A stretch of DNA of 63,812 bases, filler included, from Lama guanicoe (GCA_013239625.1; 201 parts of 201 records of this genome joined end to end with filler, not necessarily neighbours in it), one strand, 5' to 3'. Numbered from the whole stretch's first letter, positions 49,171 to 62,004 are shown. A program made the numbers and translations. Notes: generated by a model from the letters alone, not told the origin.

Positions 49171-52100
49171 AATCTACTCTTGAANNNNNNNNNNNNNNNN
49201 NNNNNNNNNNNNNNNNNNNNNNNNNNNNTTAATTAATTAANNNNNNNNNNNNNNNNNNNNNNNNNNNNNNNNNNNNNNNNNNNNACTGCAAGTCCTTTTG
49301 TGCCTGCTGTGCTTGCATACATAGTTCCTGCTACCTGCACAGTCCTCCTATCTTTGCTCCCCCACCCCACCCCCTCAATTAAGAGTAACTCCTTCTTGAA
49401 GGCTTGGCTTAGGGGTTGTCCCCTCCGGAAGCCCTCCAGCAAGGTTAGGTGCCTTCCTCCTGAGCTCCCAGAATTCACCCACCCCTTTCACTTAACAATA
49501 TTNNNNNNNNNNNNNNNNNNNNNNNNNNNNNNNNNNNNNNNNNNNNTTAATTAATTAANNNNNNNNNNNNNNNNNNNNNNNNNNNNNNNNNNNNNNNNNN
49601 NNGACTAAGAAGTAATTTGCTGTCTGCAGCTTCAGGGGCAAGGAAATAGTGTGCAAAGCCAGCTGTGCATGGGAATCTCCTCTGGCACTGAAAACAGTAC
49701 AGATGCCCAAGTCTCACCCGAGACGTACTAAATCCGAGTTTTAGAGGAGTGAACGCTTCAGTGTTTCACCCGTGAGTGTGATTCACACAGATCAATTGTA
49801 ACAGGGAACATGCATATTCANNNNNNNNNNNNNNNNNNNNNNNNNNNNNNNNNNNNNNNNNNNNTTAATTAATTAANNNNNNNNNNNNNNNNNNNNNNNN
49901 NNNNNNNNNNNNNNNNNNNNTGTCCATAAATATAATGCCAGTTTAGGGTCTCAGTAATATTTACAAAGGACAATTATTCTGTATATCTTATCAGGAAAAC
50001 TGATGGGTAAAAATTAACTGACCATGTATGATACAGATTGTGTTCTGCTATTCTATGTTATCGGAAGTCAGCGATGCTTTAATAACTTAATGTGCTATAA
50101 ATGGGATATTCATCACAAACTCATGTTTCAAAGCATCTNNNNNNNNNNNNNNNNNNNNNNNNNNNNNNNNNNNNNNNNNNNNTTAATTAATTAANNNNNN
50201 NNNNNNNNNNNNNNNNNNNNNNNNNNNNNNNNNNNNNNAATAATGAAGTGAGGTCAGGAGGCTCTTTGATAAAACGCTGGCTTTTTATGTTTCATAAAAT
50301 GCTGGGTGTGATGGGCAAGTTCATGGCTAAAGACTATACTTTTAGTTGTCTTTCAGTCTTCATCAAAGTCTGTTCATGGATATGGATGATCGTCTCAACA
50401 AGCATCAGAGAACTTGAGGCTTTATGACAATATGTTTTTCTTTCAGGGATACTGATNNNNNNNNNNNNNNNNNNNNNNNNNNNNNNNNNNNNNNNNNNNN
50501 TTAATTAATTAANNNNNNNNNNNNNNNNNNNNNNNNNNNNNNNNNNNNNNNNNNNNGAAGCCGCTCCTGCCCCACGGATCGCCGCCTCCCCCCTCCCAGC
50601 AGCAGTGGGCTTCCCCAGCTGTTACCATCATTCCTTCATTCCTTCTCTTTACAGTGTAAGCGCACAAGGATACAACTGTGTGCGTTACAGCTTGGGTTTT
50701 AAAACATTTGGACACAAGGAACGGTGTGTTCTGTGCTGCTCCGAGTCTGGCTTCTTTTGCTTGGTGGACAAGTTNNNNNNNNNNNNNNNNNNNNNNNNNN
50801 NNNNNNNNNNNNNNNNNNTTAATTAATTAANNNNNNNNNNNNNNNNNNNNNNNNNNNNNNNNNNNNNNNNNNNNTACTTTGTCTTGGAAAATTATGTGCT
50901 AACTATTGGGCCCTGCCACCCTGGGATTCAATTATCCCCATTTCATTTGGGGGCCCCAGTTAGATGGTAGAATCCCACTGTAATTTCTGACCTACAGAGA
51001 AATGAATTCACAGAGACCTAGGGTATGGGGCTCCCTTCACAAATTATTTCTCACAGTGGTGAAAGCTATGTCCTCTGGATCTTCTCAGGGCANNNNNNNN
51101 NNNNNNNNNNNNNNNNNNNNNNNNNNNNNNNNNNNNTTAATTAATTAANNNNNNNNNNNNNNNNNNNNNNNNNNNNNNNNNNNNNNNNNNNNTAGATGTC
51201 TATTGAGTGGAATTACTTTGAGTCCCTCCAACTTGAAATAAGACCCATCATCTATTTATGCATTAGAAAACTGCAGAAGCACTTAATTCTTATCACAGGT
51301 ATTATAATATGATATTGCTGAAAAGATACCAGTGTGTTTTTACACCGTTGCGCTTTCTACAAAGGATAGTTTCTCATCCACCGCTTCTGGGCTTTTTTTT
51401 TTTTTTTTTTNNNNNNNNNNNNNNNNNNNNNNNNNNNNNNNNNNNNNNNNNNNNTTAATTAATTAANNNNNNNNNNNNNNNNNNNNNNNNNNNNNNNNNN
51501 NNNNNNNNNNTATTTTCCAGTGCAGCTTCCGAGATGGGTGGGTGCCCTCCTAAGCATGTAAACAGCTACTGAGTCCCATGGGTGCAAAGAGGGAGACCTC
51601 CTTCAGACTCTGTTCTCTTCGGTCCCGAGCCTGTGGAATCTGTTGCGACTCTCTCCTTCACAGCAATGACACTTAAGGTCCCTCTCATCCTGGACATCTT
51701 TCAATGCCTCCCCTCAAACCCACTGCTTNNNNNNNNNNNNNNNNNNNNNNNNNNNNNNNNNNNNNNNNNNNNTTAATTAATTAANNNNNNNNNNNNNNNN
51801 NNNNNNNNNNNNNNNNNNNNNNNNNNNNGTCCAGTCATGTGAGACAGGCTCATTAATATACCTGTGTGTTTGGTTTAACAAGTGAATAATATCTGTTTTC
51901 TGGAAATTACATGAGGGTCGAAAACATTCCAAACATGTTCATTTATTTGCTATGGAATTTGTTTAATCCTCTTAAGAGCATTTAGAATGACAAACTACTT
52001 AAATTAGCATGTTTGCCTGAGAGACCTTTCCAGGCACATGGGCCGANNNNNNNNNNNNNNNNNNNNNNNNNNNNNNNNNNNNNNNNNNNNTTAATTAATT

Positions 52101-52464
52101 AANNNNNNNNNNNNNNNNNNNNNNNNNNNNNNNNNNNNNNNNNNNNGAGCCTGTTCTTCAGACTAGAGAGCTGGTCTCTCTTTGCCAGTCGCTGGGAACT
52201 GCCTGTTGCTTCCAATAGACCCACTAGGTGCAGCCTGCAGCCTCTGGCTTTGATGTTGTAAAGGGGGACTTACGGCCCTGTTCCTCTTGGCCCCTGGTCC
52301 CTGGCCTCTGTGCAGTTCCCAGGCCCTCAGGGGAAACCAGACACTTTTAATTGACTTCCCCAATNNNNNNNNNNNNNNNNNNNNNNNNNNNNNNNNNNNN
52401 NNNNNNNNTTAATTAATTAANNNNNNNNNNNNNNNNNNNNNNNNNNNNNNNNNNNNNNNNNNNN

Positions 52465-52682
52465 TTTGGGTAGTATGGCCATTTCAACAAAAATTCTTCT
52501 AATCTAAGAGCATTGGGTATCTTTCCATTCCTTTAAGTACTCTTTAATTTCCTAATCACTGTTTTGTACTTCTCTGTGTACAAATCTTTCACCACCTTGA
52601 TCAAACTTGTTCCTAAAGTATTTTAATTTTTGAATATGATTTTAAAAGGATTGTTTCTTTTCTTTTGTGTTGTTTCATTGTA
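52465..52682 (-). mobile_element. L1 ORF2 fragment
   Basis: tttgggtagtatggccattt.aaca..aattctt.caatc.a.gagcat.gggtatctttccatt..ttcacc.ccttg.tcaa..tt.ttccta. Confidence 0.9.
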
Positions 52683-55008
52683 NNNNNNNNNNNNNNNNNN
52701 NNNNNNNNNNNNNNNNNNNNNNNNNNTTAATTAATTAANNNNNNNNNNNNNNNNNNNNNNNNNNNNNNNNNNNNNNNNNNNNCTAGTGTAGTTAGAAAAA
52801 ATTTGGTATCATTCTGAGACTGATTTTTGCATGAGAGCCATTTTTCTTTCTGGATACTTCTAGGATATTCCTTTTATGCCGATTGTCTAATTTCACTATA
52901 ATTTTTCTTGACATGGGTCTTTTAAATTCACTATGCTGTGCCCTCAGAGCAAGTTTTAAATCTCGGGATTCATACGCTTCACCAAATTTGGCTAGATGCA
53001 NNNNNNNNNNNNNNNNNNNNNNNNNNNNNNNNNNNNNNNNNNNNTTAATTAATTAANNNNNNNNNNNNNNNNNNNNNNNNNNNNNNNNNNNNNNNNNNNN
53101 TCTTTCCTTGTAAAAGAGTTTTGAAGCCTTTACACCAGAGGGTAAAGTGCTGTCCTTGGCCGTGTGGTTTTTTCCTCTCAGGACTAAGTGATAGACATGC
53201 CCAGGCCAGCAGAGAAGCCAGGAGGCCTCCCTTAGCAAAATGCTCAAGTCCGGGAGGCAGATGGGGGACGAGAAGCAGCATCAGCCTCAGCACGGGGGGC
53301 AGAGAGGGTGCGGAGGTCNNNNNNNNNNNNNNNNNNNNNNNNNNNNNNNNNNNNNNNNNNNNTTAATTAATTAANNNNNNNNNNNNNNNNNNNNNNNNNN
53401 NNNNNNNNNNNNNNNNNNTTATGATTTTCAGAAGAATGGAAAGGAATGTATTTTGACGTTGAGTTAAAGTTCCCGTTTTGTGATTGTAGAAACTATTCTC
53501 GGAACTGTAGAAGGAGAGAAAACCAGGAAAAAGAGACTTGAATAGAGATATGTTGAGTGGCCTGGAAGTGAGACCGTAATTGTCTGGAGGGATTCTTTTA
53601 GACAGAGAAGGTTAAACATCCACTCATGAATCCACTNNNNNNNNNNNNNNNNNNNNNNNNNNNNNNNNNNNNNNNNNNNNTTAATTAATTAANNNNNNNN
53701 NNNNNNNNNNNNNNNNNNNNNNNNNNNNNNNNNNNNTGCTGGAGGATGTTGTCTGGAGATGTAAGTTGCCTGCATATTTATCTGATTTTCCAGCTGGACT
53801 GTAAGCCTGGTAAGAGCTAAGTCTCTATGAATGTGGCCCATCATTAGATCTTTGACTTATATGGAAGTGTTGAAAATGAAGCAGGTGTCTAATAAATACT
53901 TAGCGAATGAATTAACTCCTTAATTGTAGTTTCCAGAGGGCATCTGAATCCCATNNNNNNNNNNNNNNNNNNNNNNNNNNNNNNNNNNNNNNNNNNNNTT
54001 AATTAATTAANNNNNNNNNNNNNNNNNNNNNNNNNNNNNNNNNNNNNNNNNNNNAAGGACACGTGACACACATGTGTTTTTGTTGTCTTCCAGACCTTCA
54101 TATGGCTTTTCTGTGGTAGAGTTAAAAAAAAAATGCAATGGCACATGATCCTCATGTGATAATAATTCCAGTGATCGTATTTTCCCATCCAATTAACCAT
54201 TGTAAGTTCACTTCTGAGCCTAACAGTTTACTTAGGTTTGGTTACGTTATTTACCATAACTCTCTAGCCATANNNNNNNNNNNNNNNNNNNNNNNNNNNN
54301 NNNNNNNNNNNNNNNNTTAATTAATTAANNNNNNNNNNNNNNNNNNNNNNNNNNNNNNNNNNNNNNNNNNNNCATGCTTAACTGCCTTCTGTTTACCTAA
54401 ACTTTATATGTGCTCCCACACTGTCCAACAGCCCATGACCATGGCCACAGCTGGTTAAACCAGACGTGGAGAAAGGACAGGATCAGCTGAATGTTGACCA
54501 ACAGCCTATCACAGTCTGGTCTGCTGGGCTTCCCCAAAACAGGGACAGTGCTTTCTGCCTCTGCCTTTTGCTCTCTCTCTCAAGAGATCCNNNNNNNNNN
54601 NNNNNNNNNNNNNNNNNNNNNNNNNNNNNNNNNNTTAATTAATTAANNNNNNNNNNNNNNNNNNNNNNNNNNNNNNNNNNNNNNNNNNNNGCTGCAGAGG
54701 GGCCTCTGCGTCCATCCACTGAACTACTCAGCATCTCTCGGTATTTTGAATTTAATTTCACAGATTCTCCTTCTGTAAGGACACTTAAACATAATACTTT
54801 TTAAAGACAAACGTTCATTTTTAACTCATTTTGAATAATTCATTTACTCTTCTTTTAACCAGATTTCTCACCCAACTTTGTATTTCTATACACCTTTTTA
54901 AATACATANNNNNNNNNNNNNNNNNNNNNNNNNNNNNNNNNNNNNNNNNNNNTTAATTAATTAANNNNNNNNNNNNNNNNNNNNNNNNNNNNNNNNNNNN
55001 NNNNNNNN

Positions 55009-55226
55009 TTTTTTTTGTGATATCTTTTTCACAAAGATTTGGTATCAGGGTAATGGTGGACTCATAGAATGAGTTTAGAAGTGTCCCTTCCTCTGCACTT
55101 TTTTGGAACAGTTTCAGAAAGATAGTTGTTAACTCTTCTCTACATGTTTGGTAGAAGTCACCTGTGAAGCCATCTAGTCCTGGACTTCTGTTTGTTGGGA
55201 GTTTTTAAATTACTGATTCAGTTTCA
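55009..55226 (-). mobile_element. L1 ORF2 RT-region fragment
   Basis: tttggtatcagggtaatggtgg.ctcatagaatgagtttagaagtgt.ccttcctctgca.ttttttggaa.agttt.agaa..cacctgtgaagccatct.gtcctggactt. Confidence 0.93.
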
Positions 55227-55326
55227 NNNNNNNNNNNNNNNNNNNNNNNNNNNNNNNNNNNNNNNNNNNNTTAATTAATTAANNNNNNNNNNNNNNNNNN
55301 NNNNNNNNNNNNNNNNNNNNNNNNNN

Positions 55327-55544
55327 ATTCTCTAGGTCTATCCATGTTGTTGCAATTGCTAGAATTTCATTATTCCTTTTTATGGCTGAGTAATGTTCCG
55401 TGTGTGTGTGTGTGCGTGCGTGCGCATATATATATATATATATATCACATCTTCTTTATTCAGTCGTCTATTGTTAGACACTTGGGTTGCTTCCGTGTCT
55501 TGGCTGCTATGAACACTGGGGTGCGTGTATCTTTTCAAATTAGT
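55327..55544 (-). mobile_element. L1 3' fragment with (TG)n/(TA)n microsatellite
   Basis: ttctctaggtc.atccatgttgttgcaa..atttcatt.tt..ttttatggctgagtaat..cacatcttctttat..gacacttgggttgcttcc.tgtcttggct. Confidence 0.92.
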
Positions 55545-56598
55545 NNNNNNNNNNNNNNNNNNNNNNNNNNNNNNNNNNNNNNNNNNNNTTAATTAATTAA
55601 NNNNNNNNNNNNNNNNNNNNNNNNNNNNNNNNNNNNNNNNNNNNCAGCAGGCAGAAGAGGAGCCCCTGGGCTGAGGGTGCAGTCTCAGGGCCCACCACTC
55701 CCTCTCTGGGTCCCTGGGACTGAGCCCTTCTCTGAAACCACAGAGCCCTTCAGGCCGCCCCCTGGGTGCTGGCTGGTTTGCATACCCAGCAGCGCTCTCT
55801 CCAGCAAGGGGACAAGAGAGGCCTGGGGGGACACATGCCCAGCCTCGCCCAGGGGTGCAGAANNNNNNNNNNNNNNNNNNNNNNNNNNNNNNNNNNNNNN
55901 NNNNNNTTAATTAATTAANNNNNNNNNNNNNNNNNNNNNNNNNNNNNNNNNNNNNNNNNNNNTTCCTTCCGTTCTGCAGATGAGGAAGCTGAGAAACTGA
56001 GTCACTTTGCTTGGGACAGACACTGCTGAGGAATGGGGAAAATGGAATTTAAACCTTAAAAGTCTGAGTAAGAGCCGAAACACCTCCATGTGAGTGTCTG
56101 GGAGCACAGAAGAAGGACACCTGCGCTGATCGTGGTGGAGTCCAGGGGAGGCTTCCTGGAGGAGGTGGCCCTTGAGCTTGNNNNNNNNNNNNNNNNNNNN
56201 NNNNNNNNNNNNNNNNNNNNNNNNTTAATTAATTAANNNNNNNNNNNNNNNNNNNNNNNNNNNNNNNNNNNNNNNNNNNNCCCCCACAGCTCTGCTTGCC
56301 TGGCCCCTCTGGCCCTGGTGACACAGAGGATGCCGGGCTCTGGGCCTTTGTGGCTGACAGCAAGACAGGAAGAAGGCTTGGGGCGACATTTTTTATACAT
56401 GTATGTATACTTAAATAGATCACATTATGCGTGAGTCCCAGAGAGGCAGGAAGCTGCAGCAAAAGGGAACTGCCGTGCAGGAGCGCGTGTGTGCGCGCNN
56501 NNNNNNNNNNNNNNNNNNNNNNNNNNNNNNNNNNNNNNNNNNTTAATTAATTAANNNNNNNNNNNNNNNNNNNNNNNNNNNNNNNNNNNNNNNNNNNN

Positions 56599-56816
56599 TG
56601 GCCCGGCTCGGGGCGTCCTCCAGGGACACGGTGAGAGGACACCCTCCATGGGCAGCACATCCGGCAGCGCACCTGGCTGTGCTTTTTGGAAGGTGAAATG
56701 GCCAAGCATGCGATTATACACCTATTAATTGGTTTGGCTGGATGATCTGGAACTTGGAAGAAACATGACAGGAAAGTTGGTCAAAAAATTAAATTGGGGA
56801 AAGATACGTGGATAGA
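56599..56816 (+). mobile_element. Degenerate ERV-L (class III) pol RNase H fragment
   Basis: Across frameshifts: ..HLAV..WKVKWPSMRLYT../GLAG*SGTWKKHDRKVGQK../WGKDTWI. Compare ERV-L VHLVVHFAWKEKWPDVRLYTDSWAVANGLAGWSGTWKEHDWKIGDKEIWGRGMWID. Confidence 0.85.
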
Positions 56817-57872
56817 NNNNNNNNNNNNNNNNNNNNNNNNNNNNNNNNNNNNNNNNNNNNTTAATTAATTAANNNNNNNNNNNNNNNNNNNNNNNNNNNN
56901 NNNNNNNNNNNNNNNNAGCCCTAGTGCACACACCGCTCACATCATGTCGGGTTCTCACTGTAGTCGTTTCCGTGCTCTGGCACAGCAGATAAGGGGAGGG
57001 GGCTGTGGAGGGTGGGCAGGCAGCCCCCTGCTCCCCGTTCTGGTCATGCGGGGCCCCTCCTGCTGATACAGCCTCGCTGCGCCCAAGCCCAGGCCTCCGG
57101 GCAGTTACAGGGTCGCTCGCTCAGCAGCAGGGGGNNNNNNNNNNNNNNNNNNNNNNNNNNNNNNNNNNNNNNNNNNNNTTAATTAATTAANNNNNNNNNN
57201 NNNNNNNNNNNNNNNNNNNNNNNNNNNNNNNNNNCAACCATCTTCTCAAGATGGACATTCTCTGCATCTGTAATTTCAATTCTTATCTCTCTCACAAGCT
57301 CTGTGTCCCTTTAGCACTTGCAGCTCCTTAAGTCTAAAACAGAACGCCTCATCCCTGTGCCCCCATTGCTTTTTACCATTTCCCCGGATTGCATCACCAC
57401 ACTGCAAGTCACCTAGATGAACATTCGTCTTGACCGTTCCACCTCCCTTGCTNNNNNNNNNNNNNNNNNNNNNNNNNNNNNNNNNNNNNNNNNNNNTTAA
57501 TTAATTAANNNNNNNNNNNNNNNNNNNNNNNNNNNNNNNNNNNNNNNNNNNNCTAAAGAGAAACATCCCTCATCTACTAGTATAGTTTATGTCAGTGAGA
57601 TAAGGTAAGCGTTTGATTTTTCTCCCCTTTATCATTTTTAAAAATTAAGATTTAGTTTCTTTCAATGGTGACCAATTTGGGGGGGCACTTCAAGCTGGCT
57701 CCTAAGTCCATTAGGCAAGACCCTAGTAATGCTTGATATTTTCCTTTCTTTCTGCTTTAACAAGATGCTCNNNNNNNNNNNNNNNNNNNNNNNNNNNNNN
57801 NNNNNNNNNNNNNNTTAATTAATTAANNNNNNNNNNNNNNNNNNNNNNNNNNNNNNNNNNNNNNNNNNNNTG

Positions 57873-57998
57873 GCCCCCGTGACATCAAAGGCAGGTCCTC
57901 TGTTTTCAAGGTCCACTTGCGTCCACTCAAGTTGGATGAGAGCCTCAGCAGGGACGCCCTGGCAAGGAAGCTGGCGGTCCTCACTCCAGGCTTCACCG
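57873..57998 (+). pseudogene. AFG3L1: AFG3L1-like (m-AAA protease) exon, AAA domain, with non-canonical flanks
   Basis: 57872-58000 translates [43 protein letters not shown], the AFG3L1/AFG3L2 segment. Residues GRSS, SLS, DAL and GFTG favour AFG3L1 over AFG3L2. Homology stops abruptly afterwards. Flanks are tg| and |gacaagt rather than ag| and |gt. Confidence 0.75.
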
Positions 57999-58190
57999 GA
58001 CAAGTGCATAAAACCATAATTACAAGTCTGTGTTAGGCACATGATGTAAAAAGATGTAACCTGAGACAGCGTCAACATAAAGCTGGAANNNNNNNNNNNN
58101 NNNNNNNNNNNNNNNNNNNNNNNNNNNNNNNNTTAATTAATTAANNNNNNNNNNNNNNNNNNNNNNNNNNNNNNNNNNNNNNNNNNNNTT

Positions 58191-58406
58191 GTCATAATAA
58201 TTTTGATCCTGATTTGCATGGCCCCTTGTATATTCTCCTGTTTGTCCGAGTTCTTAATGCAACGTATGCTTGCGTTCAGCCGAATTCATCGGCATCAATG
58301 AAGAAGAGTCCGGGGCCTGGATGCATCTGCCATTCTTTAAATAAATTAAAAAGGGGGAGTTGCGGGGGGCCACTCATGACCTGAGGACTGCCGAGCACAG
58401 AGGTTG
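58191..58406 (+). mobile_element. ERV env TM C-terminus, polypurine tract and start of 3' LTR
   Basis: 58191-58301 VIIILILICMAPCIFSCLSEFLMQRMLAFSRIHRHQ* (membrane anchor with PC motif, then cytoplasmic tail). PPT AAAAAGGGGGAG at 58348-58359; LTR begins TGCGGGGG at 58361. Confidence 0.8.
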
Positions 58407-59142
58407 NNNNNNNNNNNNNNNNNNNNNNNNNNNNNNNNNNNNNNNNNNNNTTAATTAATTAANNNNNNNNNNNNNNNNNNNNNNNNNNNNNNNNNNNNNN
58501 NNNNNNAAAGCTGGATAGTGGGGCACAAAGACATTTAAACCAACTCTGTGCCCCTGAGAGTCTCACTGTTTTGTTGGGGCCACAGGAAATGTATAGCAAA
58601 GACACTAAAGGACAACAGAAGGAACCGTCTGCAGAGCCTGGTCAGGGGTACTTCTGTTCTAAGTCTCACGGGTTCCAAGGTTCATGGATAAATCTGAGAG
58701 GGAGAGAACCAAGTGAGCAACCTCNNNNNNNNNNNNNNNNNNNNNNNNNNNNNNNNNNNNNNNNNNNNTTAATTAATTAANNNNNNNNNNNNNNNNNNNN
58801 NNNNNNNNNNNNNNNNNNNNNNNNTTAAATACTTGATTTTAAACACATTTTTTCTCTTTCAAAAATGAAACACGTGTTCCTCACACGAAACAGGAAAATA
58901 TTTTATGAAATATATTTTAAACTAACACTTATAAAGCATTTCAAAGACGATGCTTGACACCTATTAAAAATAACAATAGTAGCTCCCATTTGCGTGCCTT
59001 CTGTATTCCAGGTCCTTCATGCGTATTCTCATTCCGTGAGGTNNNNNNNNNNNNNNNNNNNNNNNNNNNNNNNNNNNNNNNNNNNNTTAATTAATTAANN
59101 NNNNNNNNNNNNNNNNNNNNNNNNNNNNNNNNNNNNNNNNNN

Positions 59143-59290
59143 ATTTGCTTCAAAATACTCATGGGGTAAGGGAGGAAGTACAAAAGCAAGTCTGGCCATG
59201 AATTGGGAGTTGTTAAATCTGGTGATGGGTGTGGATATTATTATATTATTCTCCCTACTTTTGTTTGTTTGAAATTTTTCATAATCAAAA
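59143..59290 (+). mobile_element. L1ME-type 3' end
   Basis: atttgcttcaaaata..ggccatgaattg..agttgttaaa.ctggtgatggg..ttattatattattctc.ctacttttg..tgtttgaaatttttcataat. Confidence 0.82.
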
Positions 59291-59794
59291 GAATGTAAAA
59301 CAACCATTACAAAACAAACAAACAAACAGAGTAAGTTTAAATATCACCAAATCATTTTGGNNNNNNNNNNNNNNNNNNNNNNNNNNNNNNNNNNNNNNNN
59401 NNNNTTAATTAATTAANNNNNNNNNNNNNNNNNNNNNNNNNNNNNNNNNNNNNNNNNNNNGCCAAAAATCAACGGAGCATTCAGCCCCTCTTGCCGGGCT
59501 GCTGGAAGGAAATGTGTAAACTAAGATTCATTTCATTTATGAAGTACTTTCAAGGTCCCTAAGGCCAGAGGTGTTGGCTCAGGGATCTGCATCAGCTCTA
59601 ATCTCGTCCTTAAAAAAATGGGGGTGGGGTGGTGACATAGAGAAACGAGGTTAGTTTAAACTACAGACATCACCTGACNNNNNNNNNNNNNNNNNNNNNN
59701 NNNNNNNNNNNNNNNNNNNNNNTTAATTAATTAANNNNNNNNNNNNNNNNNNNNNNNNNNNNNNNNNNNNNNNNNNNNCATTGATGTCGGTTTT

Positions 59795-59992
59795 CTTGCT
59801 GTGTACTCAAAAAGCGGAAGGAGCAAGGGAGCTCTCTGGGGTCTCTCTTCTAAGGGCACCAGTCCCATTCAAGGAGGCTCCCCCCTCATGACCTAAGCAT
59901 TTTCCAAAGACCCTCACCTCTAAATACCATGCCATTGGAGATTAGGTTTCAACATATGAATTTTGAGGGGACACAAACATTCAGCCTGTAGT
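59795..59992 (-). mobile_element. MLT1A (MaLR) LTR 5' part
   Basis: gagctctctggggtctctctt.taagggcacc.gtcccattca.g.gggctcc.ccctcatgaccta..attaggtttcaacatatgaattttg.ggggacacaaacattcag. Confidence 0.92.
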
Positions 59993-60414
59993 ACCTNNNN
60001 NNNNNNNNNNNNNNNNNNNNNNNNNNNNNNNNNNNNNNNNTTAATTAATTAANNNNNNNNNNNNNNNNNNNNNNNNNNNNNNNNNNNNNNNNNNNNTCGT
60101 TAATAAAATTAAAATAGCAAGATTAGGAAAATGGTCTTTGTATCATCTGAATATTTAAATTCATTGTAAGTTTTAGTCACTTTTAAAGTACCGAAGAATG
60201 GTTTATCTGTTTATATATCTTTATGAATAAGCCTGATACCTCTGATAACATACTGCAACCAGCTGTATGCTCAGATTTATGATGTTCTGCAAGGAGAACT
60301 GCACAGCAGCCATTNNNNNNNNNNNNNNNNNNNNNNNNNNNNNNNNNNNNNNNNNNNNTTAATTAATTAANNNNNNNNNNNNNNNNNNNNNNNNNNNNNN
60401 NNNNNNNNNNNNNN

Positions 60415-60632
60415 TGGAAAACAGAACATTCTCAGAACAACTCCTTAAAAGATAATATTCCTTGTTGATCTTATAAGGAGCCACATGACCCACCACAATG
60501 TGGCTTAGATCTGGATTATGCAAACTGTAATACGTCATACGATGTACAGCCCTGTCTCAAAAAAATTGTATAACTGTGTTTTATTTCTAAGTGGTGGAAC
60601 ACTTCTCAGAGTTTTCTGGGATGTTCTTCCCA
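60415..60632 (+). mobile_element. ERV1-class LTR fragment (MER41-like)
   Basis: tgtataactgtg..tggaacacttctcagagttttctgggatgttcttccc, U3/R pattern. Confidence 0.55.
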
Positions 60633-61368
60633 NNNNNNNNNNNNNNNNNNNNNNNNNNNNNNNNNNNNNNNNNNNNTTAATTAATTAANNNNNNNNNNNN
60701 NNNNNNNNNNNNNNNNNNNNNNNNNNNNNNNNTCGGGCGGCAGAAGGTAAGGCTTAACTCCCGGCCTCCTGTAGCGCTGTCACAGTCCCTGATTCGAGAA
60801 AGAACAATGCCACACACAGACACACCAGCATATATGCGGGCTCGCACGCACAAGATACCCACACACACACTGATGGACACGCATCAGCTCACTCAGGGCA
60901 CACCCGGACACACTCTGTGCTAGACACTGGTTGCATCGCCCAGATTTCCCNNNNNNNNNNNNNNNNNNNNNNNNNNNNNNNNNNNNNNNNNNNNTTAATT
61001 AATTAANNNNNNNNNNNNNNNNNNNNNNNNNNNNNNNNNNNNNNNNNNNNAAAAAAAAAAGACACCACCAAGTGATCTTTCCAAGTTGTTGGTTGTGGGT
61101 TGGGGCCACCTGAGCCACTGGTCCTGCGCTGAGATGCTTCAAAGCCTTATTAAGAATGTTTGGATTCCCTAGAAGCCCTACTATTCCCAAGTTTACCTGG
61201 AGATTTAGCTAGGGATGGCGTTGATGGGCTTCATCATTTATAAAATCAGGAGTGCTGATAAAAGAAGTNNNNNNNNNNNNNNNNNNNNNNNNNNNNNNNN
61301 NNNNNNNNNNNNTTAATTAATTAANNNNNNNNNNNNNNNNNNNNNNNNNNNNNNNNNNNNNNNNNNNN

Positions 61369-61586
61369 ACATATTTGCAAACAATGCAAGTGACCAGGGG
61401 TTAATAGATGTATGTTATTGGTATAACATGGATTTAGGTTACAAAACTCAATGTGAAAAAAAAATCCCAATCAAAAAGAAAGAGCAGAGGACCTGAGTTA
61501 ATATTTTTCCAGAGGAAAGATGCAGTTGAGTAACATGCATGTGATAAAAATTCTCAAAATTACTAATAATTAGGTAATTGCAAATC
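61369..61586 (+). mobile_element. Degenerate L1 ORF2 C-terminal fragment
   Basis: atatttgcaaacaatgcaagtgacc.gggg ttaata..acaaaactcaat..cccaatcaaaaa...gcagaggacct.a.t..atatttttcca..tgcaaatc. Confidence 0.8.
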
Positions 61587-62004
61587 NNNNNNNNNNNNNN
61601 NNNNNNNNNNNNNNNNNNNNNNNNNNNNNNTTAATTAATTAANNNNNNNNNNNNNNNNNNNNNNNNNNNNNNNNNNNNNNNNNNNNGATCTATGCCATTT
61701 CACTGTATATAAATTATATCTTGGTTTAAAAAAATTAATGTAGATCATGTCCTGTTACTCTTCTTGAATGGGAGGCGTTGCTCCAGTCCCTTAACATGTA
61801 TTTATAAAATGTATAAACCGTATAATTCTAAAGGGAACTTTACTGCAGAAATTTTCCCTGGTTATATATTAGTGTTATTCTGTAAATCAAATAGCAACTA
61901 TAGANNNNNNNNNNNNNNNNNNNNNNNNNNNNNNNNNNNNNNNNNNNNTTAATTAATTAANNNNNNNNNNNNNNNNNNNNNNNNNNNNNNNNNNNNNNNN
62001 NNNN

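Noticed and set aside
50630..50662. ttccttctctttacag-T-gtaagc as a 1-nt exon or recursive splice site
   Set aside because: Recursive sites are AG|GT with no intervening base, and a 1-nt exon is unsupported. At most this is an ordinary acceptor.
1591..51410. Microsatellites and poly(T) at contig ends (e.g. 1591 (TG)n, 24045 poly-T, 27347 (CA)n, 30526 (GTT)n, 48210 (GACA)n, 51393 poly-T)
   Set aside because: These are the expected break points of short-read assembly, not a functional pattern.
3499..58406. gag, integrase, RNase H, env, PBS and LTR pieces as one provirus
   Set aside because: They are on unrelated contigs, belong to different ERV classes and show different degrees of decay. Their order in the window is arbitrary.
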